From a virus (lineage: Duplodnaviria; Caudoviricetes), in IMG/VR virus record IMGVR_UViG_3300025000_000251, positions 1 to 37,364 of that record: 37,364 nt of DNA; one strand, given 5' to 3'. How positions within the stretch are numbered: the stretch's first letter is position 1; every line of letters starts with the position of its first letter. The notes under the pieces were generated by a model. The model was not told the DNA's origin and made no database searches. It saw nothing but the letters and a program-made list of their open reading frames with translations. The position numbers were made by a program, and so were the translations under genes. Below are positions 26,901-36,083 of the stretch, one piece after another.

Positions 26901-29900
26901 TATGTCTCTTTGATGGGCGGCAATGCTGATAAGGTTGCATCTCTGGCAAAAGATATCTCCAAGGAAGATGCAAGGTATATCGTAGACAGGCTTGACGCTG
27001 CCCCCGGCGACAGCCCGCAAGTCCGTAATGCCATTTATGCGAAGTATCCCGACCTGAACAACACCTCCCCCGCCTCTGTCTCCGACACGCGCACCGGGGA
27101 GGTTACTGAAGAGTTGGCCGGCACCACGGACACCGGAGGCGAGACGAACCGGCGCGGCTCTGCTGATGGTTCCGTGGAGGCCGGTTCTTCTGTTGCCACC
27201 ACCCCGGACGCTATAAATGCAGGTCTGTCAGAGCAAACTGTGGGACACTCTGCATCTGTAAAGGTGCCTGCTGCGGATACCGGGGCTGGTGGTAATCTTA
27301 ACGCTGGCGTGAAGGATAGCGCGAAACGGTCTGCAACAATTCCTCGCCCTGCGACCGAGGATGACGCGAAGATCATTGCCAGGTATGGGCTGTCCGTCGA
27401 TGACATAGCTATTGAAGATGGGAGTAGCCCTCTAACCAAAGGAAAGGTGCGCGTAAACGACGGCAACTGGCACGACAATATCAAGGATGCTGTTGATGCG
27501 TATGCAAGGTCTAAAGAAAGCAAAGCCACCTTTGCTAAAGAGGCGGAGAGTAGAAAACAGGCCGGAATCTATCTCGCGGAAAAATTGAAGCGCGGAGAAA
27601 AACCGACGATAGATGAGTGGAAAGGATTATTTCCACATCTCAAATCCCACCATACCTACGTCACCCAACCAGAGATATCCCCTTTCCTGGTTGAGTATTT
27701 CGGGTTCAGCAAGGCCAGGGTGCGCGGCCCCTTGGGTAAAGCCGCGGGTGATCTGGTAAGCGACATGGGCGGCAAGAAGCCCATTGTCTACCTCAACAGG
27801 CTGCATGAAGTCCTTGCCGCTTCAAGTGACAAATCCGCCACTCCAATCAAGCAACCATCAAATAAAATTGACGAGCAATCGCCAGATGTTAAGGTTGGCG
27901 CAGTGCCCCCGGTTGAGGGGCAGTCAAGTAAGGGAGAGACGCCCAATGAACTACGACCACAGTCCGATGCCACCACTGATACTCGACGGGGAGCAGCCGC
28001 CGACACACGAGCGGAACTATCCGCCCATCTCGGAGCCGATGGCCTGCAGAACCTCCTCGCCGCCGGCACCGTCCGCATTCTCACCACCCAGGACCAGGCC
28101 CGGAAAATCATCGACCGACTGAAGACGCGGGCTCGGGCTAAGCTATCAGCAGCGTTTCACGGATCGCCACACGATTTTGAGCGGTTTTCTACTGGTAAGA
28201 TCGGGACCGGAGAGGGGGCGCAGGCTTACGGGCACGGGCTTTATTTTTCCGGGTCGAAAGAGGTCGCTGAATGGTATCGGGATAAGCTTGGCGGGAGGCT
28301 AATTGCTTACCTGAATGGAGAGCGAGTAGAAGACCAAAACGGATTTCTTGCGGCCAACATAAGAAACATCTTAGGGTATAAGGATTTCGAGAAAGGCAAG
28401 AAAGAAACCCTGGATGACATGAGGTTCCGCCTTGAGCGTGAGCGCGAAAACCCTGCATTCAAGGGCTCATGGCTGCGAGATGCAGAGGAAAAAGCTCTAG
28501 TCGATGCTATAAGCGCGATTGAGGGCGCAAGCAAGGGAGACATTGCCGCCAGGAAAGGCCGTCTCTATCAGGTAGAGTTGGCCCCATCCGAAGACGAATA
28601 TCTTCTCTGGGACCGTCCGCTGAGCGAGCAATCGGAGACGGTACGTAAATCGCTGCGCCAGTTTTTTGTCGATGAAAAATCTAGGCTTAATACGGACGCT
28701 GGTGGCCTTGCGAAACGATATCCATCCGGCGAGGCAGTGTATAGGCAATTGGTGGTATCACAAAACGGCAAGCAGGCCGCTTCCGAATATCTCCACTCCC
28801 TCGGTATCCGTGGCGTCAAGTATCTCGACGGTAGCAGCCGGGGCAAGGGTGAGGGGAATTTCAACTATGTCATCTTCGACGAGAACGACGTAGAGATCAC
28901 CGTGCGCTACTCGAAGGCCGGTAAGATTCAGGGTTTCGCTACGGCCAATAAAGTGTATCTAGTCCAAGACGGCATCGCCAAGGGCAAGGCGTTTGCCGTG
29001 CTCAAGCATGAACTATCTGTCCATCTCCGAGAACTCACCCTGAACAGCGCCGACTTCAAGGCCCTCCTATCCTCCATCGAATCCCGCCAGAACGAGCAGA
29101 GCAGGACCGGCGACGCCATCCGTGCGGCGATGGGACGTGTGCCCGCTGATACCAAGCCAGAGCATATCGCCGAAGAGACGCTCGCCTACCTAGTTGAAAT
29201 GTCCCCGGAGATCGGCATAGGCCGCCGGTTCATCGCCTTAATCAAGCGAATGCTCGTCAAGATGGGCATCTCTCCGAAGATATTCTCGGCGGCTGATCTG
29301 GCGGCATTGGCTGAGGCTGCTGTGCGGGGGGAAGCTCGGAGCGGGGGCAAGGCTCTGTCTGGAGAACTGGCATCCTCACTATTCTTTTCCAAGAAAGTTT
29401 TACAGGCTATCGGGTCTGCCGCTACATCGCTCAACCAAGTATCGGCGCTGTTCAAGAAAGGACTTTTAAAACAAGGGACAGTCAATGTCGATATCGGCGG
29501 CGGAAAGTATGACAAAGGCACAGAGCACCTTGCCACACTGGGGGTAAAGAATCTGGTCTTTGACCCATACAACAGGTCTGAGAAATTCAATAACGATATT
29601 ATTAAGGAGCTTTCTTCCGGTAGCGTAGACACCGCCACTGTCAACAGTGTGCTGAATGTAATACAGGAAAAAGATGCAAGGCTGGCGGTAATCCGTCAAG
29701 CGGCGAAGGCGATCAAGCCTAATGGCTCGGCATATTTTCTTATCCATGAAGGTGATGGAGACGGCAAAAGCAGGGTGACAAAGCAGAAAGATGGAGTTGC
29801 GTTATCTTGGCAGAACCACCAAAAGGCTTCTTGGTATCTTGATGAGGTAAAAACCTTCTTTGGTGACGTTACAAGGAAAGGCAATATGATAGTTGCCAAT

Positions 29901-32900
29901 GCCCCAAAAAAAGATGCTTCGATGGATATCTGGACCGACACAGACGGCAAGCCGCTGTTCTCCTTCGGCGGCCCCAAGGCCAACTCCACCGGCCTGGACA
30001 AAGCGAAGCAGATGGAACAATCCGGCGCACTGAAGCGAGATATCTGGAAGCAGACCGGCTGGTGGAAGCTCAAGGATGACTGGAAAATAGAGATCGACGA
30101 CAGTCTGTCCTCGGTAGTGAAGAAAGACGGCTATCTCTCCGACATCCTCGACCACCCTGTACTCTTCCGCGACTACCCCCAGTTGAGCATCATCAAAGTC
30201 AAATTTGAGGACATGGGTACAACCCAGCGCGGCAGCTTCGACCCGGTGACGAGGATCATCCGCGTGAACAATCGGCTTGGCGATATCGGGCGGCGAAGCA
30301 CCATCTCCCATGAGGTCCAGCATATCCTCCAAACAGAGGAAGGTTTCGCGGAAGGCGGCAGTCCCCGGGCGATGTCAGTTGAATACCGCAACACCTACAA
30401 GAGGCTCCACGATGTCGAGGGCCGGCCGGAATACCATACCGCCAAGAATGCGGTCAATAGGTTCTGGAATGGCATTTTCACCCCCGGCGCCAAGGAATAT
30501 TCCCCGGAAGAATTGATCCGGATGGAGCAGGAGATATTCGACGCGCACCCGATCCTCAAGGAAGAGCGCAAGCTCCTGAAGGCCATCTACACCCTGAATG
30601 ATGAAACCGGCGAGCGGTCATACGCCAGATTGACCGGCGAAGTCGAGGCCCGCCTGGTGCAATATCGCCTCGACATGCCCCCGGCGAAGAGAAAGACAAT
30701 TCCGCCGTGGATCTCGCTGAAGCAGATGCTGAAGAAGGAAGGATTGCTGCAGGACGGGCAGAAGGTTGAGGATGTGCTGATTGACCGAAAGGGGAAGGGG
30801 GTTGCTGCGAGCGAAGGGAATATGATAAGCTCCAAGGAAAACGGTTCAAACCTTGGGGGGAATATGAAATCTGAGTTTAAAGCAGTTGACATCAACAGCG
30901 CTGAGTTTAAGAGATGGTTTGCCGGAAGTGCTGTCGTGGATGCTGACGGCAAGCCGCTTGTTGTTTATCATGGGACAGGGAGTAATTTTAGCGAATTTTC
31001 CATTGATACTTTCGGTAAGGAGTCAGCTACAAAACAAGAAGGATTTTTCTTCACAGACGCGTTTTTACATGCAGGGACATATTCCGATCCGGCGTTAAGA
31101 AGAAAACGCAACAAAGAATTACAGCAAAAAATGGACGCACTTCGCCCAATAGCCAGCGCTCTATTCGCAGACAAAAAAAACAAATACAAAGAGGCGACAG
31201 GGAGGGACTACGCTAACTCAAAAGAGTTTAGAGATTTCCCCCACGAGTATAATGAAGTTTCTGATGAAGTAACAAGACTGGACGTAGAATCTTACAGGGA
31301 AATCCACCCCAGCCAGAGAATAATCATGGAGGTGTACTTATCAATCAAGAACCCCTTGGTGGTAGACTATAAAGGGAAGTCTCCAAAACTGTGGGGAGGG
31401 AGCGGGCAAGATATTGGGAAAATAATTTCCATGGCCAAGCGGGAAGGGCACGATGGGGTTCTGATCAAGAATATTATTGATATAGGGTCTACAAAAGGCC
31501 TGGAGAATCCCAACAGTTCTAACCACTATATTGCCTTCTCCCCCACCCAGATCAAATCGGCCCTGTCCAATACCGGCGAGTATTCTGACGCCGACAGCCG
31601 GATCATGTATTCCCAACAGGCAGCCGAAGCCTACGACGACGACCCGGTTATTGCCGATGCAAATGACACATTCCGCACCGGCGCATACGACGACGCTGAT
31701 CTGATAGCGCAGATCAAGCCAGGCGCCAAGGTTGAGCTTATCCGCGAACCGGAAAACGAAGCCGACAGCGATGCAATCAGGATCGAACTGAACGGCAAGA
31801 AAGTGGGCTACGTTTCCCGGATCAAGGCCCCGCAACTCTCCGACCTCATGGACGACGAGGTGGCGCTGACGGCCAAAATTCGCACCGTAGCGAACGCCGA
31901 AAGCGGCAAGCCGGTCTTTACCATCGAGATTGCCAAACCTGAAGGCATGAACGATATGCAGGCGCGAAGCTGGGAAGATGCCAAGCAGGTCGAGGGAAGG
32001 CACAAGGACGGCCGGCAATTCAAACGCATTGCCGAAAAGGTAGAGGTTGAGCCGGGAGAAGACTTCTCCGACGATATAGACGCTGCGGCCAAGGAGGTAT
32101 TGGAAAAATCCAAGCCTGAAAAGAACTGGGTGAAGAAGATTGTCAAGTTTGTCTCTGGCCTGAAGCATGACAAACTGAATCACCTGTTCAGCGTTCTAAC
32201 CCTGCAGCAGCTTGACGATATCTACAGCCGGGATTTTACGCCTGTCGGGGATTTCCGCAAGGCAGCAAAGGGCATTTCCGCGATGACCAACGAACTCCTA
32301 CAGGAAGCCGACCGTCTTCATCAGAAATGGACAAGCATGAAGCCGAAGGTCGCGGCGGATATGGCCGATGTCATGTTCAAGGCAACCACCCTCGGGTTCG
32401 ACCCTGACCAGCATGCAGACACCGATATCCAGACACTCAAGGATAACCTGGAAGAGAAGAGAGCGGCATTGAAGGCAGCACGGCAGGCCAACCTTACGGG
32501 CGAGCAGAAGGCAAAGACCGTCCGCAAGCTCATCAAGGATGTCGGCGCGGCCAAGAAGGACCTGGCGGGCGCTGAAGACCTTATCCCGGCATTCAACGCC
32601 CTGCCGGAAATCGCCAAGGAAGTATATCGTGAGGTGCGGGATATCTACCAGGCTCGATTTAATCTTCTTCAGGAAGTCCTCATTGAGCAGATCGAAAAAA
32701 GCTCCACCGGCAAGGGTAAGCGGTCGACCATCACCGCCCTGAAGCTGGAATTCGATAAGCAGATGAAGTCCGGGCCATACTTCCCGCTTTCCCGCTTCGG
32801 CGATAATGTTGTTCTGGTGAAAAAGTTCGACGAGGCCGGGACGGAAATCGACCGCATGGTGAAGACGTTTGAGCGGTTCGCCAATGCTGAGGACTTCGCC

Positions 32901-34910
32901 AAGGGCATGAGGGAGAAGGGTTTTGACGTTACCTTGCGCCGGTCGAAGGATTACAAGCCAGGGCAGCAGCCTCCGCACGAATTCGCCAGCGAGGTCTTGA
33001 AGATCGTCAACTCTGCCGACATGGATTCGCAGGAGCGCAGGCAGATCATGGATGAGATCAACCAGGCCATGATCAAGGTTCTGCCTGACCTTTCGTACCG
33101 GAAGCACTTCGCCCACAGGAAAGGGGTGAAGGGATACAGTCAGGACGCACAGCGGGCCTTTGCCTCTCACATGCTGCATTCAGCGAAGCACATCGCCAAG
33201 GTCAAGTACGGCACCGACCTGAACACCGCAATCAAGGCGATGGAGAATAGCAAGTTTGCCCATGACGAGAAGTCGGCAGCTGTCGAGGGCGCACTGAGGA
33301 ACGAACTGGTGAAGCGGTTTGAATTCATCATGAATGCCAATGTCCACCCGGCAGCGCAGATATTGACAAGCCTCGGATTCGCCTGGAACATCGGGCCGTC
33401 CCTGGCTTCTGCTGCGGTCAACCTCACACAGACCCCGCTTGTTGCTTATCCTCTCATGGGGGCAAGGTTCGGTTTCAGAAAGTCTGCAGTCGCATTGACA
33501 AAGGCAGCCAGGGATTATACCAAGGGCGATCTTTCATGGGAATCCGGCATGTCTCTTGAGAAGGCGAAATTCCTGAACGAGCAAGAACGGAAGATGTTCG
33601 CGGAGCTTATCAAGGACGGCACGATTGATGTTTCCCAGGCGCACGACCTGGCGGCGGCGGCGGCGACCGACTACCTGTCCCTTGCGGAGAAGGGCGGCAA
33701 CCTCCACAAATACGCCAAGGTGATGAAACTGGTATCGGCCCCGTTCCACTATGCGGAAGTCGCAAACCGGCAGATCACAGCTCTTGCAGCCTATCGCGTG
33801 GCGGTTGTCGAGGTCGGGCACGATGCGGCGGTTGATATCGCAAGGAAAATCGTTGAAGAAGGGCACTTTGATTACGGTCAGGAGAACCGGGCCCGGGTGA
33901 TGCAGGGTAATGTCGCCAGGGTGGCGCTGCTGTTCAAGCAATACGCCCAGAACATGAGCTACCGCCTGGTCCGTGACTTCACGGTGGCTCTCAAGAAAAG
34001 CGATGTCACGCCAGCAGAGAAAAGACAGGCCAAACTGCAATTCGCCGGGATCCTCGGCGGGCATTTCCTTGTTGCCGGCACGATGGGCCTGCCTGTTGTC
34101 GGTATGCTCGGCACGGCGCTGAACATGATGGCAAGCGCCTTTGGTGACGATGACGAACCTTGGGACTGGAAGGCAGAGTTTCGGAATTGGCTGGCCGACC
34201 GGGTGGGGTTGAAAGGCGGCGAGATGATAGCGCATGGTCCGACGCGTGGTCTTCTCCCGGTTGATGTGGCTGGCAGGCTTTCTCTTGCCGACCTGTGGTG
34301 GCGCGGCGACGACCGAGACCTGGAAGGACGGGAGCTTTTTAACCACTACATGATGAATATCGCCGGTCCGACCGCCTCCAACGCCTCATCTGTCTTCATG
34401 GGCATGGCCTCGATTGCAGACGGTGATATCTGGAAAGGCGTGGAAATGATGGTCCCGAAATTCGTCAAGGATATTGCCAAGTCGATTCGGTACGCGAATG
34501 AAGGTGTCACCAACAAGCAGCAGGACGTTCTCCTGGGCGACCTTGAGGCGATGGAATTGACCGGTCAGCTTCTGGGTTTCACCCCGGCGCGAGTTGCTGA
34601 GATGTACGAAGGCAAATCGGCGGTCAAGAAGATTGAATACGGCCTGCAGAACAGGCGAACGCGGCTGAAGAATAGGTATCTCAGGGCCAAGGAATCGGGT
34701 GACCGCGAGGCGATGGACAAGGCTTGGGAGCCTATCCAGAGATGGAATTCAGCGCATTCCGATGTCAAGGCCCTGCGGATCACGAAACGGGATTTGGCGA
34801 GGGCAGAAAAAACCAGGCAACGATATCGCCAAGGCACTGAAAAAGGTGTATGGCTACCTAAGACCAGGGAATATCTACGGGAAGAGGGAAGGTTCGCCAA
34901 CTTGGAGTAG
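23955..34910 (+). CDS. Large polyvalent protein (3651 aa; PLxRFG-containing internal virion protein)
   Basis: Gly/Ala hydrophobic N-region; ART-like FHGS (28155) and YHGT (30966); HELSVH (29007) and HEVQH (30309); MTase DIGGG (29490); LPD23-like IWKQTGW; HIRAN LIREPENEADSDAI..GYV; PLSRFG (32784-32801). AAGGTG SD before ATG 23955. Confidence 0.9.
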   Translation: MSVNPLQKYRDMDAAEQTVNPLKKYRDMDAATNPAAKLMSDGQEPGYDLIGGIKDLGKMVYDIPIQTKGAVGQLLEGDDPYAKTNFADTWQQEATARTAQRAAETTPQERASKIIPLPEFLSENGALTRGDVQDTSQSTGFSLAAMGAGLAGAGAGTVAGLGPWGTAGGAMAGAGTAAYKMDKTAITRQLIDSTEKTVGKLTDAQRQELLDKTEEIRNNHALWEAGPEAVGTALSLSGIGKIFSGAAKGATSKIIAGIVSSLGGELSTETITQIGQNIAEHEMGLGDGEKMDWNMESAGKALQEVAPSVLTLTGAMGGGGYVAGKAVKAFGKSEEAGRDTAANLARNQAALAIKQANLPTDDLMAARQDPQRLAEMGVTADDIDIVIADRNDDLNRAKDILLASGESGPMTRTAALGINAEQAKIVMGRERDRGEGVVPIFPSIPPLIDTPPAGPLQAAADMLMGGTALPGQIDPVAGNMASFEENRRSTPEETVDTLANAPVTDIEKGLMRAEDASAFTGTTYTDPQVQEATLARRGQAEDAFMRLPPNDGNAPSPVDHLLPAFDKMLNEVRQGEVSKSYQNREGETTPRASTHPDWYKQDTVTAYNKKYGTSLKLDKSIIAATVRKVRDGKPLTDRQAAVFAYMEEVAGKKAQTDPDLMAGPVFDKLNREGFDIQAPQDIQAGSLKPGDEVVIEKNGVPDKLVHKGFDGKGNAILQDGVTMHVDPFEQIQIIGQKTGESKISPDEENFLVGMVGKIREIGNEQDVDRISGEIEPYFQQNPHLSPYREMVVGAVEERRNELAKVRANEPINTGGNLPEPATVADFTPATEGQIAGQMSRQDSPSPMPSTPPPGGDVGGGAVASPNLRPENTRDEKVVAGKEPWQIPTGKEYARSVFKAHGLKGKISAEELARFGKEHVRLIKNAIADGKDVPMDVLENYRLNDFARDEINRGKAREQEQSEISSRVGKQQQNEKDFAQNSLYVSLMGGNADKVASLAKDISKEDARYIVDRLDAAPGDSPQVRNAIYAKYPDLNNTSPASVSDTRTGEVTEELAGTTDTGGETNRRGSADGSVEAGSSVATTPDAINAGLSEQTVGHSASVKVPAADTGAGGNLNAGVKDSAKRSATIPRPATEDDAKIIARYGLSVDDIAIEDGSSPLTKGKVRVNDGNWHDNIKDAVDAYARSKESKATFAKEAESRKQAGIYLAEKLKRGEKPTIDEWKGLFPHLKSHHTYVTQPEISPFLVEYFGFSKARVRGPLGKAAGDLVSDMGGKKPIVYLNRLHEVLAASSDKSATPIKQPSNKIDEQSPDVKVGAVPPVEGQSSKGETPNELRPQSDATTDTRRGAAADTRAELSAHLGADGLQNLLAAGTVRILTTQDQARKIIDRLKTRARAKLSAAFHGSPHDFERFSTGKIGTGEGAQAYGHGLYFSGSKEVAEWYRDKLGGRLIAYLNGERVEDQNGFLAANIRNILGYKDFEKGKKETLDDMRFRLERERENPAFKGSWLRDAEEKALVDAISAIEGASKGDIAARKGRLYQVELAPSEDEYLLWDRPLSEQSETVRKSLRQFFVDEKSRLNTDAGGLAKRYPSGEAVYRQLVVSQNGKQAASEYLHSLGIRGVKYLDGSSRGKGEGNFNYVIFDENDVEITVRYSKAGKIQGFATANKVYLVQDGIAKGKAFAVLKHELSVHLRELTLNSADFKALLSSIESRQNEQSRTGDAIRAAMGRVPADTKPEHIAEETLAYLVEMSPEIGIGRRFIALIKRMLVKMGISPKIFSAADLAALAEAAVRGEARSGGKALSGELASSLFFSKKVLQAIGSAATSLNQVSALFKKGLLKQGTVNVDIGGGKYDKGTEHLATLGVKNLVFDPYNRSEKFNNDIIKELSSGSVDTATVNSVLNVIQEKDARLAVIRQAAKAIKPNGSAYFLIHEGDGDGKSRVTKQKDGVALSWQNHQKASWYLDEVKTFFGDVTRKGNMIVANAPKKDASMDIWTDTDGKPLFSFGGPKANSTGLDKAKQMEQSGALKRDIWKQTGWWKLKDDWKIEIDDSLSSVVKKDGYLSDILDHPVLFRDYPQLSIIKVKFEDMGTTQRGSFDPVTRIIRVNNRLGDIGRRSTISHEVQHILQTEEGFAEGGSPRAMSVEYRNTYKRLHDVEGRPEYHTAKNAVNRFWNGIFTPGAKEYSPEELIRMEQEIFDAHPILKEERKLLKAIYTLNDETGERSYARLTGEVEARLVQYRLDMPPAKRKTIPPWISLKQMLKKEGLLQDGQKVEDVLIDRKGKGVAASEGNMISSKENGSNLGGNMKSEFKAVDINSAEFKRWFAGSAVVDADGKPLVVYHGTGSNFSEFSIDTFGKESATKQEGFFFTDAFLHAGTYSDPALRRKRNKELQQKMDALRPIASALFADKKNKYKEATGRDYANSKEFRDFPHEYNEVSDEVTRLDVESYREIHPSQRIIMEVYLSIKNPLVVDYKGKSPKLWGGSGQDIGKIISMAKREGHDGVLIKNIIDIGSTKGLENPNSSNHYIAFSPTQIKSALSNTGEYSDADSRIMYSQQAAEAYDDDPVIADANDTFRTGAYDDADLIAQIKPGAKVELIREPENEADSDAIRIELNGKKVGYVSRIKAPQLSDLMDDEVALTAKIRTVANAESGKPVFTIEIAKPEGMNDMQARSWEDAKQVEGRHKDGRQFKRIAEKVEVEPGEDFSDDIDAAAKEVLEKSKPEKNWVKKIVKFVSGLKHDKLNHLFSVLTLQQLDDIYSRDFTPVGDFRKAAKGISAMTNELLQEADRLHQKWTSMKPKVAADMADVMFKATTLGFDPDQHADTDIQTLKDNLEEKRAALKAARQANLTGEQKAKTVRKLIKDVGAAKKDLAGAEDLIPAFNALPEIAKEVYREVRDIYQARFNLLQEVLIEQIEKSSTGKGKRSTITALKLEFDKQMKSGPYFPLSRFGDNVVLVKKFDEAGTEIDRMVKTFERFANAEDFAKGMREKGFDVTLRRSKDYKPGQQPPHEFASEVLKIVNSADMDSQERRQIMDEINQAMIKVLPDLSYRKHFAHRKGVKGYSQDAQRAFASHMLHSAKHIAKVKYGTDLNTAIKAMENSKFAHDEKSAAVEGALRNELVKRFEFIMNANVHPAAQILTSLGFAWNIGPSLASAAVNLTQTPLVAYPLMGARFGFRKSAVALTKAARDYTKGDLSWESGMSLEKAKFLNEQERKMFAELIKDGTIDVSQAHDLAAAAATDYLSLAEKGGNLHKYAKVMKLVSAPFHYAEVANRQITALAAYRVAVVEVGHDAAVDIARKIVEEGHFDYGQENRARVMQGNVARVALLFKQYAQNMSYRLVRDFTVALKKSDVTPAEKRQAKLQFAGILGGHFLVAGTMGLPVVGMLGTALNMMASAFGDDDEPWDWKAEFRNWLADRVGLKGGEMIAHGPTRGLLPVDVAGRLSLADLWWRGDDRDLEGRELFNHYMMNIAGPTASNASSVFMGMASIADGDIWKGVEMMVPKFVKDIAKSIRYANEGVTNKQQDVLLGDLEAMELTGQLLGFTPARVAEMYEGKSAVKKIEYGLQNRRTRLKNRYLRAKESGDREAMDKAWEPIQRWNSAHSDVKALRITKRDLARAEKTRQRYRQGTEKGVWLPKTREYLREEGRFANLE

Positions 34911-35114
34911 AAAGCGGGCCGTGGCCAGGGCGAAGAAGCCGAATCGCACTGAGCGGCTGCGGGAAAATTGAGAAGCAAGACAAGGGATGGATTTTTTTGC
35001 CGTCAAGATACATGAATTGAAAATTGAATAAACAAATTGAAAAGAAAAGGGTATTCTTTGCCCAGGAAAAAGATTGACCAATTACGGAATATCAAAATCT
35101 TAACTGGGGAAAGC

Positions 35115-35606
35115 ATGAAAAGACGTAAAGGGTATCTGGTTATTGCCATCACCTGCTTCGTTGTTGCAACCCCCCTGCTCCTCCTGATGACCGGCTGCGG
35201 CCGGGTTTATCTCGAGCCTGTCGAGCAGGTGCCGATCGATCAAATGTTCCCTGCGGCGCCGCCAATGATCCTGCAGCTTGACCAGCCTGATTCATCGAGC
35301 TGGTCGACGGCCAATAAGATCTGGATCACAGCGGCGATCGGCGGCCAGGCAGCTGACGCGGCTACTACTATCCACTCCCTTGGTGGCGGCGGGTGTCAGG
35401 AGATCAACCCGCTACTGGGGAAAACCCCCAGTGACGAGGCGGTGGTGGGACTAAAGATTGTCGCCATGGGCATAGGCCTGTGGGCAACCGAGTACTGGCT
35501 TGACGGGCACCCCGAGCAGAAAAAAATGAGGAACTGGATCTATGGCACCCTGGCCGTGGCCGGTATCGGGGCAGCGGTCTGGAACGGCAGGCAGGATTGT
35601 CCCTAA
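35115..35606 (+). CDS. Predicted lipoprotein with additional hydrophobic helices
   Basis: MKRRK, hydrophobic stretch, lipobox LMTG-C; also a EINPLLG motif. Confidence 0.7.
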   Translation: MKRRKGYLVIAITCFVVATPLLLLMTGCGRVYLEPVEQVPIDQMFPAAPPMILQLDQPDSSSWSTANKIWITAAIGGQAADAATTIHSLGGGGCQEINPLLGKTPSDEAVVGLKIVAMGIGLWATEYWLDGHPEQKKMRNWIYGTLAVAGIGAAVWNGRQDCP

Positions 35607-35625
35607 CAAATATCAGAGGAGGGGA

Positions 35626-36081
35626 ATGATGAAAAGATGGAAAGGGCTACTGGCCGCAATGCTGTTCCTGCCGTTGCTTGGTGGCTGCAGCGAGTGGCTG
35701 GATGGCGGTGAAAGCAAAGAGCAGGACGCCGTCACCTACAAAGACGTGAAGACCTCGAACGGCGGTGCCTGGTACGACGCCAAGGCCACCTACAGCAGCT
35801 ACGGCGTCCGCAACGGCGGCCGGCAGGCCTGGCGGATCCCGGCAAAGGGACCTTCGTTCGGACGGCAGATCAAGGTCGTCTTCTCAAACGGTCACACAGT
35901 TTTCGTCAAAGACACCTCGCACAACTACCGGGAGGGCGATGGCTTTGTCTTCAAGCCCGGGCTCGGACCCAACGGCGAAGGTGATAGCAATCCAGGCACC
36001 GCTCACGGCGGCGTCTATCTGCATGCCCCGTACGGCAATCGCTCTACGGTGGTCACTTTTTTCTACAAGAGGAGGAGATGA
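35626..36081 (+). CDS. Predicted lipoprotein
   Basis: GAGGAGG SD; MMKRWKGLLAAMLFLPLLGG-C lipobox. Confidence 0.8.
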   Translation: MMKRWKGLLAAMLFLPLLGGCSEWLDGGESKEQDAVTYKDVKTSNGGAWYDAKATYSSYGVRNGGRQAWRIPAKGPSFGRQIKVVFSNGHTVFVKDTSHNYREGDGFVFKPGLGPNGEGDSNPGTAHGGVYLHAPYGNRSTVVTFFYKRRR

Positions 36082-36083
36082 GT

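Noticed and set aside
30780-30866. Internal promoter upstream of the second ART module (TATGAT near 30820)
   Set aside because: No -35 hexamer at a plausible spacing; only the possible internal ATG was kept as a note.
23955-34910. Virion RNA polymerase (as in N4) or DarB helicase-methylase
   Set aside because: Despite the similar size and the N4-like capsid, I saw no RNA polymerase catalytic motifs and no Walker A/DExx helicase motifs.
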